From positions 496,001-560,000 of the IMG/VR virus record IMGVR_UViG_3300050122_000263: a stretch of DNA of 64,000 nt; one strand, given 5' to 3'. A program made the position numbers and the translations under genes. This document shows positions 1 to 9,733 of the stretch, piece after piece (position 1 is the first letter of the stretch; the number at the start of each line of letters is the position of its first letter). Under the pieces are notes generated by a model. That model was not told where the DNA came from and ran no database searches. It saw only the letters and a program-made list of their open reading frames with translations.

Positions 1-1140
1 GGCCCCACTGGCCCTTGCTGTGCGGGCCCAACCGGTCCAACTGGACCGGCAGGACTTATTGGATTGGCTGGCCCCACCGGCCCCACTGGTGACGTCCCCT
101 GTACCGATTCATTGGTGAAATATGAATTCTTCATTGCTGGTGAGAATCGCCCCGTTACTGGTCCTATCTCCTTCACTATCGGTGGAGTCGATATGCCTGC
201 TCAAGGTTGGGATAAGATCACAGGCCTGGTTGACAGTGCTTTATACACCAAGGATCAAGGTATCCTAGGTGAGCAAGGACTTGGATTTGCTGCACAAGCT
301 GCTCACGAGATCGATAATGCTCATTATATTCAGATCGATCTGGCTAACTTGATTGCCAACACTAAGCCCGGAACCACTCCCACCATTACTATTCAGAGTA
401 ATCAGACGAATGAAGGCTTTGAACTACTTGGCTCGGCCACATCGGGGGTGGGAGTGGGTGGATCCAATCTCACCTCGCTGGGTACCCACTCTGGCACCCT
501 TGTGATCACTGTACCTATTCCTAATTGGAGCGGCCCCGGCTCCTTTAATGACGGCACTTACCGTTATCTCTCAGTCATCGCTACTGGCACAGCGGCCCCT
601 CCTGCTCCTGATGTACTGCTGAATTCCATCCTCTTCACAGAGTGTGCTCAGCCGGTGACTAGTACCGATTTCCTCTGGACTTACAAGACTACCACTCAGA
701 ATGCCATCGCTGGACCAGCATTCGATAATATTCTTTTCGATCCTGCGGCTGGTGATCCAGAACTTGAGGGCTGGACTCACTCTATCACTGGGCCCTCTTC
801 CGGTCTTTTCGTCTGCCCAACATCAGGCAAATACAAAGTTGACTTCTCCGTTTCTGTTGCCAGTGATGGAGTAGCCGGTAGGATAGCCAGTGTGCGTGTA
901 GCTATTGATCGCGGATTTGGCCTGACTGAGATAATGGGTAGTGCTATCACAGAGAATCTCTCACCCACCGCTGCCACTCGTCTTGTGCTTGTCAACCCTA
1001 TTATCACTTTCTTACAAGCTGGTGATACACTTGCCCTGCAGTTTGCCGCCAGTTCCACCACAGTATCGATCGCACCCTCTGGACCATTGGCCGGTGAAAC
1101 TGCCACTGACGCATCTATCGTCATCATTCGTCTGCAATAA
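1..1140 (+). CDS. Collagen-like (Gly-X-Y) fibre protein with C-terminal beta-rich domains (BclA-C/C1q-like); 5' truncated by window
   Basis: Frame 1 is open from base 1: GPTGPCCAGPTGPTGPAGLIGLAGPTGPTG, followed by two beta-rich globular segments, the last resembling BclA-C/C1q-like heads. Confidence 0.8.
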   Translation, partial: GPTGPCCAGPTGPTGPAGLIGLAGPTGPTGDVPCTDSLVKYEFFIAGENRPVTGPISFTIGGVDMPAQGWDKITGLVDSALYTKDQGILGEQGLGFAAQAAHEIDNAHYIQIDLANLIANTKPGTTPTITIQSNQTNEGFELLGSATSGVGVGGSNLTSLGTHSGTLVITVPIPNWSGPGSFNDGTYRYLSVIATGTAAPPAPDVLLNSILFTECAQPVTSTDFLWTYKTTTQNAIAGPAFDNILFDPAAGDPELEGWTHSITGPSSGLFVCPTSGKYKVDFSVSVASDGVAGRIASVRVAIDRGFGLTEIMGSAITENLSPTAATRLVLVNPIITFLQAGDTLALQFAASSTTVSIAPSGPLAGETATDASIVIIRLQ

Positions 1141-1233
1141 CGTTCTTGCGATAATTTGAGCCTAGAGCTCATGAGTTTTTTAAAAAACTTGAACTGAACA
1201 TCTCCTGCGTTCTTGTGTGGAAGTTAAATAGTT

Positions 1234-1878
1234 ATGACATTAGGGCAGAGTAAGCTGACATCAGCCATGGCTGCACTTGCATGCAGCATTTATATTGTAA
1301 TTTGGTATTTTGAGTTCTGGGTTCCAAGTGAGCTGACTGAGATCTGCACAAGACCAGAGCAAATCTGGTGTCACCAGCTATTACAAGTCGTGTCCTCTAT
1401 GCGAGCTGCTTTATCTCTATATCTGCTGGTGTATGCTTTAGCTCTGCACTTCTATCAATACAGAGTTGAACGTCGAGTTAAGGAGAGTTTGATGCTGCAA
1501 GATGAACATGCTGATCTAAGTTTGAGAGATGTGTCTCCTCTACTGCTGAAGTTGCAGTGTGGCTTCATCATATCTATTATGTTCTTCTGTGTTGGTTTCG
1601 CTTTCACAGCCTACTTTACCTTCGGCTATCCAATGAATGTGGAAAATGATGATACCTGTTACACCAAGTACAGTTACCTCTATGATATGTACACCTGGTT
1701 GGAGATGAGCACAATTCCAATAAGTTTATCCTATGGCGGCGGCATTGCAGTGGTTATGTATCAAGACCATCACTATAAGACCTGTTGCTGTAGTAGTCAG
1801 ACTGAGAAATCTGAAGTCAAGCGGGAGAAACATGATAGAAGTGTCCCTGTGGAGGAGAGACCATTACTCATCAACTAA
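1234..1878 (+). CDS. Hypothetical multi-pass membrane protein
   Basis: 214 aa ORF with about 4 hydrophobic segments and a CCC cluster; followed by TAAAAAC. Confidence 0.75.
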   Translation: MTLGQSKLTSAMAALACSIYIVIWYFEFWVPSELTEICTRPEQIWCHQLLQVVSSMRAALSLYLLVYALALHFYQYRVERRVKESLMLQDEHADLSLRDVSPLLLKLQCGFIISIMFFCVGFAFTAYFTFGYPMNVENDDTCYTKYSYLYDMYTWLEMSTIPISLSYGGGIAVVMYQDHHYKTCCCSSQTEKSEVKREKHDRSVPVEERPLLIN

Positions 1879-2046
1879 AAACTCTGCTGTGCTGAGTTGC
1901 GGATTAAATTACATCTAAGTTAGATGTGATGATTGATTTTGGCTTGCATCCCTTGAAACCCCTAACAATAAAGATTAGTTCTGGCTGTTAAAATTCAAAC
2001 TCTCTATAACTGATTCAGAGATTACTGGAAAATCAACCGGGAAAGA

Positions 2047-2931
2047 ATGGAGTCAGCATCACAACCCGAGGTTGTTGAGATAAGTGATGAGTCAAGAGAG
2101 GCGAAGCCAGTGAATACTGATGACATTCCTCAAACAGACATAACAGCCCAAGTGGAAGAGGTATGTTCACCTTTTGAAGAAGTGGTTAAGCTGTTTCCAA
2201 TTCAGTACCGTCCGGGCCTCTTGACCATCAAGGCTATGCAGGACTGTTTCAACCAAGAGAGGCCAGTGCGAGAACCCTCTGGTTTGAGATCTAAGGATAT
2301 CTATTTCTCCCCTGTCTGTCTCAAGATCTGGCCCCCTCAGGATGAGCGAGAGGCTAAGTATCACCACTTCAGTAACAAGCTGGTTAAGGAGTGTGCTGGC
2401 CATGCTATCGACTTCACCATCCGCTTACATCATGTTGAGAGACTTAGACTTCTTGACCATTTTGTACTATCTGGTGCAAGCAACTGGTACTTAAGTCGAG
2501 GAGTTGATTTCCTTTTCTTCCTGGCCTTCCAACAGCCACATCGGCTCGATGCTCTGACACATCTCGAACATTGCGACCAGGAACAAGTCCGATTATTAAT
2601 TGAGGCCTATAGGGCCATGCTGAAGGATGTTGGCAGAGATGGTTTTATCTATGAGGATGAGCTGGGCCACTACAGGCTGCTTCACTTAGATGGCGATTTC
2701 AGTCAGATTAATGAGTCTAGCTCTTGCTATGAGTGTACTCTGACGCGCAGAAATCTATCAGTGCGAGATGTATTGGAGCGTCGCCCAATGGGTACATTAG
2801 GCATAGCCCACGCAGGCTTCGTAGAAGCAAGCTTGCAGCGCGTTCTATATGAGCGTCCTGAGTTGGTCACTCAAGCCAGCAGCTCATCCAGTCTGGATGA
2901 AGAGAGCCTAGAAGATAGTAGTCAGGACTAA
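2047..2931 (+). CDS. Hypothetical protein
   Basis: 294 aa ORF with acidic termini; ends at a shared hairpin. Confidence 0.75.
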   Translation: MESASQPEVVEISDESREAKPVNTDDIPQTDITAQVEEVCSPFEEVVKLFPIQYRPGLLTIKAMQDCFNQERPVREPSGLRSKDIYFSPVCLKIWPPQDEREAKYHHFSNKLVKECAGHAIDFTIRLHHVERLRLLDHFVLSGASNWYLSRGVDFLFFLAFQQPHRLDALTHLEHCDQEQVRLLIEAYRAMLKDVGRDGFIYEDELGHYRLLHLDGDFSQINESSSCYECTLTRRNLSVRDVLERRPMGTLGIAHAGFVEASLQRVLYERPELVTQASSSSSLDEESLEDSSQD

Positions 2932-2935
2932 ATAA

Positions 2936-2964
2936 TAAAAAACCTCAAGCTATGAGGTTTTTAA
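2936..2964. terminator. Bidirectional 3' hairpin between convergent genes
   Basis: AAAAACCTCA-agcta-TGAGGTTTTT (10-bp stem) flanked by TAAAAA and TTTTTAA. Confidence 0.7.
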
Positions 2965-2971
2965 CTAGCAA

Positions 2972-4291
2972 TCATTCAGAGCCATGTGCCTGACATGGTA
3001 GAATGGCCTGGAACTTGCAGAACATGTCAGAGGTTATCTCGAACACCGGCATAGGCATGCTCAGCTGTGACAGGCTATCATCATCGCAGTGATCGGACAA
3101 GATGTAGCGCGCTCGTAGCCCAAAGATTAAGGGCACTAGATAGGGTAGCCGTGGAACATAGTGGAGAGCGCTGACATGGAGATCCGACATAGATGAATTC
3201 TGCTTCAACATTAAACGGATGGGGCGCCAACCCAGCAGATCATAACAGATGGCCAGGGATTTGTTGCTTCTGTTATGTGAAACAGCTGGTAACACTGGAA
3301 TTGGCGGCGCATAAGGTGAGATGAACTGATCCGCCAACTCTGGATGAAAAGGGCCTGGCTCCCAGCTGATTTGAATCTCATTCATAACATGTGCAATCTG
3401 CTGGCACTGAGTCACATCATGGCCAGCTAAGGAGCGTGCCAAATAACAGACATGGTCGATAATCTGCTTGGACTCAGGACTGGTATCATCAGCTAGAGTG
3501 TCGACACGCGACAGAAAAGCGTGGAATAATTGCAGATTTTTCTCCGGCTGGTGAGGCTCATGAGGCAGGCCCTCAATTATCTCAGGTGTAGGTTCAAGGA
3601 TAGCCTGCAGTAACTTCTTCCTATTGCTGACAATGTGGTTGAGTCGACCGGCACGTACTGGTTCAGTAATGTATTGAGACTGGCCTTGTAACTGAGTCAG
3701 AGTGTAGAGGGTGCTGTAGCTGGGGTAATGGATCTTACGGAACAGATCCAACAGAGCTAGGGTTAGATCGTGCTTGTTCAGGACTGTGGAGGGTTCAATC
3801 TGAATTCTATGGATTGAGGTCAAGAAGCATCCGTTTTGTGAGAAGGGTTGAGCCAGCTTAAGTAGTGACTCCAGCCCTGTTGGTGGGAAGGTCATGAAAA
3901 CCATGAGATAGAGTGAGAGATGATGGGCGTGGGTCTGAGCCTTCAGGCCTTGGGAGAGAGCCTCTCGTTGGATGGTGTACCAGATCAACTCAGTCAAATA
4001 ACAGATGAGTTGGTAGACTGAGCTACGCAGTGCAAACTCAGTGTGATAGCGCCTATAGAGCTGGTAATGGGTTGTTACTTCAGAAGTCTCTGTATCTGTT
4101 AGGGCTGGTATCTTAATGGCTCTAACCCCATTGACTCTGTCACCAAAGTCGTGATACAATCTGATCTGCCAGAGCAGGGGAGCCTTCCAAACTTGATGGA
4201 ACTGCTTGCAAGTCTGGATCAAGCTGTTACAGTCCTTGAGTTTGAGGGGATGAAGGATGTGACAAAGCACATGAGGCGGAAGCGATTGCAT
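2972..4291 (-). CDS. F-box domain protein
   Basis: N-terminal LPPHVLCHILHPLKLKDCNSLIQTCKQFHQVWKAPLLW matches the F-box consensus. Confidence 0.85.
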   Translation of the reverse strand: MQSLPPHVLCHILHPLKLKDCNSLIQTCKQFHQVWKAPLLWQIRLYHDFGDRVNGVRAIKIPALTDTETSEVTTHYQLYRRYHTEFALRSSVYQLICYLTELIWYTIQREALSQGLKAQTHAHHLSLYLMVFMTFPPTGLESLLKLAQPFSQNGCFLTSIHRIQIEPSTVLNKHDLTLALLDLFRKIHYPSYSTLYTLTQLQGQSQYITEPVRAGRLNHIVSNRKKLLQAILEPTPEIIEGLPHEPHQPEKNLQLFHAFLSRVDTLADDTSPESKQIIDHVCYLARSLAGHDVTQCQQIAHVMNEIQISWEPGPFHPELADQFISPYAPPIPVLPAVSHNRSNKSLAICYDLLGWRPIRLMLKQNSSMSDLHVSALHYVPRLPYLVPLIFGLRARYILSDHCDDDSLSQLSMPMPVFEITSDMFCKFQAILPCQAHGSE

Positions 4292-4387
4292 CTTTCAAGA
4301 AGGAGGTTTTAGCTCAGGATTAGGACAATTATGAGATTATTTTCTTGATCTGTTGTTCTTTGTTTCTCTTGTTGTGCTGGGATAGTA

Positions 4388-4975
4388 ATGGAAGATGTTG
4401 TGAAATGTATTCGAAATCGTCAGTTTGTGATGGTAGGCTATAACCTTAACTACTGTGATGGAAATACTAAACGGTGCAGGATTTGGCAGAAAATATATTG
4501 GCTGATAAATGGCAAAAATAAATTAAAATTCTTGTTCCTCCATCTAACCAAAAGATTAGAAGATATGGAAGGGCAACAGACATTTAAGCCTCTTCAGTTC
4601 GTTATCACCGATCAGAGAGGTCCTAATAGAATTCTCGTTGATAAGGAAGATCAAGGTCTTCTCTCTTTGCCCTGGGAACTTAAGAGGAGAGGCTTTACGT
4701 GCGAAGCTTTAGTTACCAGATATGTCTGCGGTCAGGCTTTCAGTGATCTTTTTGAGAAAATCTGCAAGGAAAACAGGATAATTTATCTCGACCGGATTAT
4801 TGCAGAGCGAGCTTATGGCTGTTCTCGTCTGTCTGTTGAACATGTCAATGGAGATATAACAGATTGTACAAGAGATAATCTCCGTTACACAGAGATGCCC
4901 AAGCCGGGCCCCGATCGTCTCACATATATCATCGATACTGTAAATAAGAAGATTATTCTGATGGAACTGATGTAA
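4388..4975 (+). CDS. HNH_3-like endonuclease paralog 1 (true start possibly 4565)
   Basis: ILVDKEDQGLLSLPW...IIAERAYG...VEHVNGDITDCTRDNLRY resembles phage HNH_3 (VDHINGDxLDNRxxNLR). Confidence 0.7.
   Translation: MEDVVKCIRNRQFVMVGYNLNYCDGNTKRCRIWQKIYWLINGKNKLKFLFLHLTKRLEDMEGQQTFKPLQFVITDQRGPNRILVDKEDQGLLSLPWELKRRGFTCEALVTRYVCGQAFSDLFEKICKENRIIYLDRIIAERAYGCSRLSVEHVNGDITDCTRDNLRYTEMPKPGPDRLTYIIDTVNKKIILMELM
4436..4502 (+). repeat. About 65-bp repeated element, copy E1
   Basis: Shares CAGGATTTGGCAGAAAA (4477-4493 = 5527-5543) and flanking CCTTAACTA...AAATAC...ATATTGGC with E2. Confidence 0.8.
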
Positions 4976-5005
4976 AAACTCATACCACAATAAACCTGGT
5001 ATGAC

Positions 5006-5365
5006 TTAAGGAGATTTCGCTTCGAATATCTGCTTGATAACATAGCCAATGGGTGGCTTAGGACCCAAAGCCTTCGGCCATTCTGTGTAACGAAGATTGT
5101 TTCTTGTACAATCCATAAAGTTGCCGTTGATATATTCTACAAGCATCTTACTTTTACCATATGCTCTTCGCGCTATTAGGTCAGACAATAAGAATGTACA
5201 CCTCGCTTCCTTAATAAATTTCACCTCATCGGCATTCTTCTTGTATGTTTGATATGTAATTTCTGCTGTAATCTTTCCATCTTCAACCTCCCAATCAAAT
5301 ATGAATAGATCACGATCTATCTCATCAAGCTGTATGACATTAGCATACAAGTCGTAAGACTCCAT
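5006..5365 (-). CDS. HNH_3-like paralog 2, catalytic His replaced by Tyr
   Basis: IQLDEIDRDLFIFDW...LIARRAYG...VEYINGNFMDCTRNNLRY. First ATG is at 5365; the ORF track extends to a TTG at 5572. Confidence 0.7.
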   Translation of the reverse strand: MESYDLYANVIQLDEIDRDLFIFDWEVEDGKITAEITYQTYKKNADEVKFIKEARCTFLLSDLIARRAYGKSKMLVEYINGNFMDCTRNNLRYTEWPKALGPKPPIGYVIKQIFEAKSP

Positions 5366-5484
5366 TTGAAGTGAAGATTTTCCTCTTAAACGAGTTTGGC
5401 AGATTTGAGAGCTTCTCGTTAAATTCCGACTAGATTTAACGAGAAGCTCTTGATTGAGTCTGAAACTGTGATATTCGTAGTAGT

Positions 5485-5660
5485 ATCCTATATCCTTAAC
5501 TATCGACTTGAAAATACCTAATGGTACAGGATTTGGCAGAAAACAAAGTACATATTGGCCAGCAGAAAACAATGTTTATACACCAAAATACACAAACCCA
5601 TTTTCTGCCAATTCCTGTACCATTAGGTATTACTATTACGATAGTTAAAGATTGGGATAT
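5485..5660. repeat. Inverted repeat E2/E3 between divergent HNH genes
   Basis: 5513-5543 AATACCTAATGGTACAGGATTTGGCAGAAAA versus the reverse complement of 5601-5631: 31 bp with 1 mismatch and a 57-bp spacer; weaker similarity extends outward. Confidence 0.9.
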
Positions 5661-5805
5661 AAATAGTGTAGATGGAAATGCTAAACTCTGAAGCAGAAAT
5701 AATAATTTTTACACACGTAATTATGCGTGTAAGATGCGAAGAAAGCTATCTGCTAAAGGATACGAATTGTTTCAAAACAATTCAGATTGACGACTATTCT
5801 AAAGG

Positions 5806-6240
5806 ATGACAACTTATATGTATAGAGGAGGCATCTCATATGATGCATCTATGCAGAAAGATACTCCTATCTCAATCTTACTTGACCCGCAAGATATGGA
5901 TTTAGCATCGTTACCGTGGCAGCTTGTAGCTAACAAGCTTACATGCGAGGTCTATTATTCAAGACTAGAATTTGACGAAAGAACTGGAGAACAGTTAAAA
6001 GGGCTCTGGGAAAAGAAGTTAGCTGTGTTAGATAGAATTGTAATTGAGAGAGCATGTGGTCCCTCTAACATGATAGTGGAACATATTAATGACAATCCAT
6101 TTGATTGTTGTGGAACTAATCTTCGATATGTTGAAGATCCAGTGTCACGTCAACGTCGCGACCATGAGATAATTAGATTTCGTCATCGCCTTCGCAGTTT
6201 GGATGGAACAAGATCCTTGTTCACCGACGGAGGTGAATAA
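5806..6240 (+). CDS. HNH_3-like paralog 3
   Basis: ILLDPQDMDLASLPW...IVIERACG...VEHINDNPFDCCGTNLRY. Confidence 0.7.
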   Translation: MTTYMYRGGISYDASMQKDTPISILLDPQDMDLASLPWQLVANKLTCEVYYSRLEFDERTGEQLKGLWEKKLAVLDRIVIERACGPSNMIVEHINDNPFDCCGTNLRYVEDPVSRQRRDHEIIRFRHRLRSLDGTRSLFTDGGE

Positions 6241-6266
6241 AAACTTATCCTATACATATAGGATAA
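6238..6266. terminator. 3' hairpin between convergent HNH genes
   Basis: TAAAAAC then TTATCCTATA-ca-TATAGGATAA (6245-6266). Confidence 0.65.
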
Positions 6267-6277
6267 ACTTCGCTATG

Positions 6278-6649
6278 TCAAATAACTTCCAGAATTAAGG
6301 GAAGTCGTGCGGATTCGACAGCTTTATAGATCTCTCTGATTTTACATCTTGTTGATTTGTGACCATCTGGCCAAATGGTGTAACGAAGATTGTTCCGCCT
6401 GAAATCAAAACAGTCCCCATTAATATGCTGTACATACATGTGACTCTGACCAAAAGCCCTTTCGGCTATCACCTCTGCGAGAGGAACGGACTTAATTGAG
6501 GCATTTACATGATGTCCCTGTTGATTCAGAAAATATACCCAAATCTCGACGTTTACTTTTGTGCAGAAATGGTTTGGATCAGAGATCCAATTAAATATCA
6601 ACAAGTCACGGTCAACATCATCTATCTGTATTTCTCTTGGATTTTGCAT
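6278..6649 (-). CDS. HNH_3-like paralog 4
   Basis: IQIDDVDRDLLIFNW...VIAERAFG...VQHINGDCFDFRRNNLRY. Confidence 0.7.
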   Translation of the reverse strand: MQNPREIQIDDVDRDLLIFNWISDPNHFCTKVNVEIWVYFLNQQGHHVNASIKSVPLAEVIAERAFGQSHMYVQHINGDCFDFRRNNLRYTIWPDGHKSTRCKIREIYKAVESARLPLILEVI

Positions 6650-6821
6650 ATCTTTGTTTTAAAACAAAGATATCTTTATGGAGTTATTTATTTTCTTAAT
6701 AACGCCGGATATTGTGAGAGCGATTAGTATTTCATGAATAGATTCTACATCTGCCTGAATTCATAATTTCAGCCCGATTAAGCTGAAATTATGCGAAGAG
6801 CTTGGAGAAATTCGGAAGCTC

Positions 6822-7293
6822 TGGAGCTCCAGAGCGCTCAAGCCATTAAAGAGGCTGTACCAAAATTTTAACACTTAAGCTGAACTTTTTATTTTCACGA
6901 GTTCCCCTATTAAATTATTAATACATAGCGGATTGATACAGAAAAAGCCTTTCTGTCAAGTATAGAGACTAAAGCAAGAAAATTGCTCCGTGCTTGGGAA
7001 GAAGAAGATCACAGAGAGACGGTCTCTATATTGGACTATACAACACATTGTTACTAATAGTCTATAGTAGACAGTCATCGTCGTCCAGAGCACAGCGTCA
7101 GATGGTTAAAAATCTCCGAACATTTTTCGAAGGGCATGAGATCTTAAGGCTATATGATGAAATAGAACATAGAAAACAGATAATATATGTTGTGTTAACA
7201 TATATTAAGGCGAAATATATGTAAATAAAAAGTTCAGCTTAAGTGTTAAAATTTTGATACAGCACCTTTAACAGCTCAGCGCTCCAGAGCTTC
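6822..7293. mobile_element. MITE-like unit: about 70-bp terminal inverted repeats around a decayed ORF
   Basis: 6861-6894 is the exact reverse complement of 7223-7256 (34 bp), with imperfect extension to about 6822/7293. The interior has stop-interrupted frames. No target-site duplication was identified. Confidence 0.45.
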
Positions 7294-7599
7294 AACTCAG
7301 AGCTCAGAGCTCTCAAAACATGGATCCTATATTGTTCTATAGCACTGCTTAGAATTTCTAGACAATATAGAACTCAACTTCCAGGCTCCAGAAATACAGA
7401 TACATCTGTATTAAAATCGTATAGTTATGCTGGATTTCCTGAACATCATCCATTAATATACTCTCTAACATGATATCGGATATGAAATATGAGATAAAAC
7501 ACGCATTGTCAAGTTAGAGATAATACATATTGTGGATGAGAATAGAAATCTTATCAGATTTCTCATTTAGTTGTTCATTAGGGCTAAATCTTCAGGGAG

Positions 7600-7644
7600 A
7601 AAAAGTTCAGCTTAAGTGTTAAAATTTTGATACAGCACCTTTAA
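7600..7644 (+). repeat. Third copy of the repeat arm
   Basis: 45 bp identical to 7227-7271 (AAAAAGTTCAGCTTAAGTGTTAAAATTTTGATACAGCACCTTTAA). Confidence 0.9.
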
Positions 7645-7683
7645 TATTTTAGGCTCTGGGCAAAAGAACGTAGAACCGTTAAA

Positions 7684-9150
7684 ATGAATTATCTCAACGA
7701 ATTTGTAGAAAATATGTGTATATTAGATGCATCACAATGCACTGCCTGTAGAAACTTGCGCGATGCATACTTCTCTTACGTCCGTGAAAAATATAATATT
7801 GACCAATATGTTAGCGTGCCACTAATGCTCAAGTATATTCGAGTTATTTCCGCTGTATACCCCTCTATTACTATCCAGAAAAGAGTTGATGCTACATATT
7901 GTATGGGTATCGGACTCCAGGGTTATTCCATTGTTCCTAAGAGTCGAGATCTCCAGAAAATTAAGGAAAGAAAGATTCTTGTTAATATAGACGGCAGAAG
8001 TGTGGACGAAACCTATTATGATGGATATAATGAAGCCAAGCAAGAGGTCAAGAGACATCCTTATGCGAAAGACACTATCATGGCTGCCTGGACTGTTCGC
8101 AATCGTCTTGGTCTCAGCAAGGACGAGTTTAGTAAATGTCAGAAACTCAATTATTTTGAATGGATCTATGATAAATCAGGTAACATCGATGTTGAGCGAA
8201 CAATTGGGTCTTTAGCATTTAATATCAAGAGATATGGATTCAGGTTGCATAAACCTGAAGTCCAAAACCCTGAACATAAACTCCAAGAGGTTGAAAGTTT
8301 GTCAGAAATCACTATAGGTAGATTACTTGAGTCTAGTACTTCAATCAGATCGGTGGATGAAGAACCAATACCCATCGAGTCAGATTGGCGTTTTAATGCC
8401 AATGATGCCATCAGATTTGCCAGAGAAGCATATGCACGCACCATGATCGATGATGAAACAAATCGATTGGATAAAGTTCAAAAGTTGGTAGATCGGAGAC
8501 GGAGAAGAGCTAAAGGCTTGAAATCTAAGGTAAAGAGAGTTCCACGTCAAATTTATGCCGATCAGCCGAAAGCATTCGGACTTGTTTTCCAAATACTTCC
8601 ATCCTGGCAAATAGAAACAGGATTTGATGTTGTGCGGTTTTCATTCAAGTACATAGATCATCCAAAGGAGAAAGATTATGAGGAATCTAATTGGGGTCAC
8701 GATAAATTATGTATCAACGGTCATTCCCCGCTCAAAGATCAGAAATCAACATTAACAGAAGTCTGGACTCATTTTCGCCAGAATGATATCAGAGTCCGTA
8801 GACTTCGTATTTCTTGGAATATGCTTTCTACCCTTCCTATTATTAAGCTGATAGTTGAGTTGGATGATAAGGAAATAAATCTCATTCATGAGATTAGTGT
8901 AGAAATGGACTTTGGGAACAAAATGGAACCTCGTGACAGAGAAGAAGAATATGAGGAGGAGAAAGAACAAGAACATAATGAGGAAGCTGAAGATATTGAT
9001 GAATATGACAAGGAGCAAGAACGTGATGATGAGGAACAGTCAGAAATAATTGATTCTCTCAGAGCAATCTATTCACCGGCTCCAATCGCCAATTCACCCA
9101 GTTATATAACTTCTCGTCCCTCTCCCCTTATCTTCGAACTTATCGATTAG
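7684..9150 (+). CDS. Hypothetical protein with acidic C-terminal tract
   Basis: 488 aa ORF with AAAATG start context; no family recognised. Confidence 0.75.
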   Translation: MNYLNEFVENMCILDASQCTACRNLRDAYFSYVREKYNIDQYVSVPLMLKYIRVISAVYPSITIQKRVDATYCMGIGLQGYSIVPKSRDLQKIKERKILVNIDGRSVDETYYDGYNEAKQEVKRHPYAKDTIMAAWTVRNRLGLSKDEFSKCQKLNYFEWIYDKSGNIDVERTIGSLAFNIKRYGFRLHKPEVQNPEHKLQEVESLSEITIGRLLESSTSIRSVDEEPIPIESDWRFNANDAIRFAREAYARTMIDDETNRLDKVQKLVDRRRRRAKGLKSKVKRVPRQIYADQPKAFGLVFQILPSWQIETGFDVVRFSFKYIDHPKEKDYEESNWGHDKLCINGHSPLKDQKSTLTEVWTHFRQNDIRVRRLRISWNMLSTLPIIKLIVELDDKEINLIHEISVEMDFGNKMEPRDREEEYEEEKEQEHNEEAEDIDEYDKEQERDDEEQSEIIDSLRAIYSPAPIANSPSYITSRPSPLIFELID

Positions 9151-9183
9151 ATATCTGACATTATCAGATATCTCCATTTATAT

Positions 9184-9666
9184 TCACTTAACTTCTAAAT
9201 TACTAAGTAACTGTCTCATTTCAGAGATTTCCCGCTCTTGACTCTTAATAATTTCGTCCAGGATAGCAGTTAATCCAGGACTATTTTCCTTTGCCTTCTG
9301 ACGCTGAGCCATAGTAATAGCCATTTGGTGATGTTCAATCATGCCCAGCATAAACTGGCGCTGATCTATGCCAACTTGATCGACAATTAAGTATTCAGTA
9401 ACCAAGGCCAATAGTAGAAAGACAACAAATATCGTAAGATATTCAACTCCAACTTGGCGAGATAGCACCATATAACCACCCAGCTCGACCGCAACCATTA
9501 AGAAGGCCATCAATAGAGCACCGTATATTTTATTGAGATTATTGGTGCGATTGGTTGAAATCAACACAGACATAATAATATAGCCTATGATGAAGCTAGC
9601 CACAAACATAATAACAAGCATCCAGAGCAGATGCTGGGCTCCAGACATGCTGTGTGGCTCTTGCAT
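9184..9666 (-). CDS. DUF305-family (ferritin-like) membrane protein
   Basis: Three N-terminal TM segments, then FMLGMIEHHQMAITMA...IIKSQEREISEM, matching the DUF305 MIxHH...Q..EI..M pattern. Confidence 0.85.
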   Translation of the reverse strand: MQEPHSMSGAQHLLWMLVIMFVASFIIGYIIMSVLISTNRTNNLNKIYGALLMAFLMVAVELGGYMVLSRQVGVEYLTIFVVFLLLALVTEYLIVDQVGIDQRQFMLGMIEHHQMAITMAQRQKAKENSPGLTAILDEIIKSQEREISEMRQLLSNLEVK

Positions 9667-9733
9667 CTTTTACATTTTAATATATCTAACTAGATATATG
9701 TTACGGCTCCGGAGCACGTTCTGATGTATTAAC

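Noticed and set aside
6822-7644. Repeats considered as a CRISPR-like or MIMIVIRE-like array
   Set aside because: Only three copies, one inverted, with 330-bp spacing and no cas-like genes.
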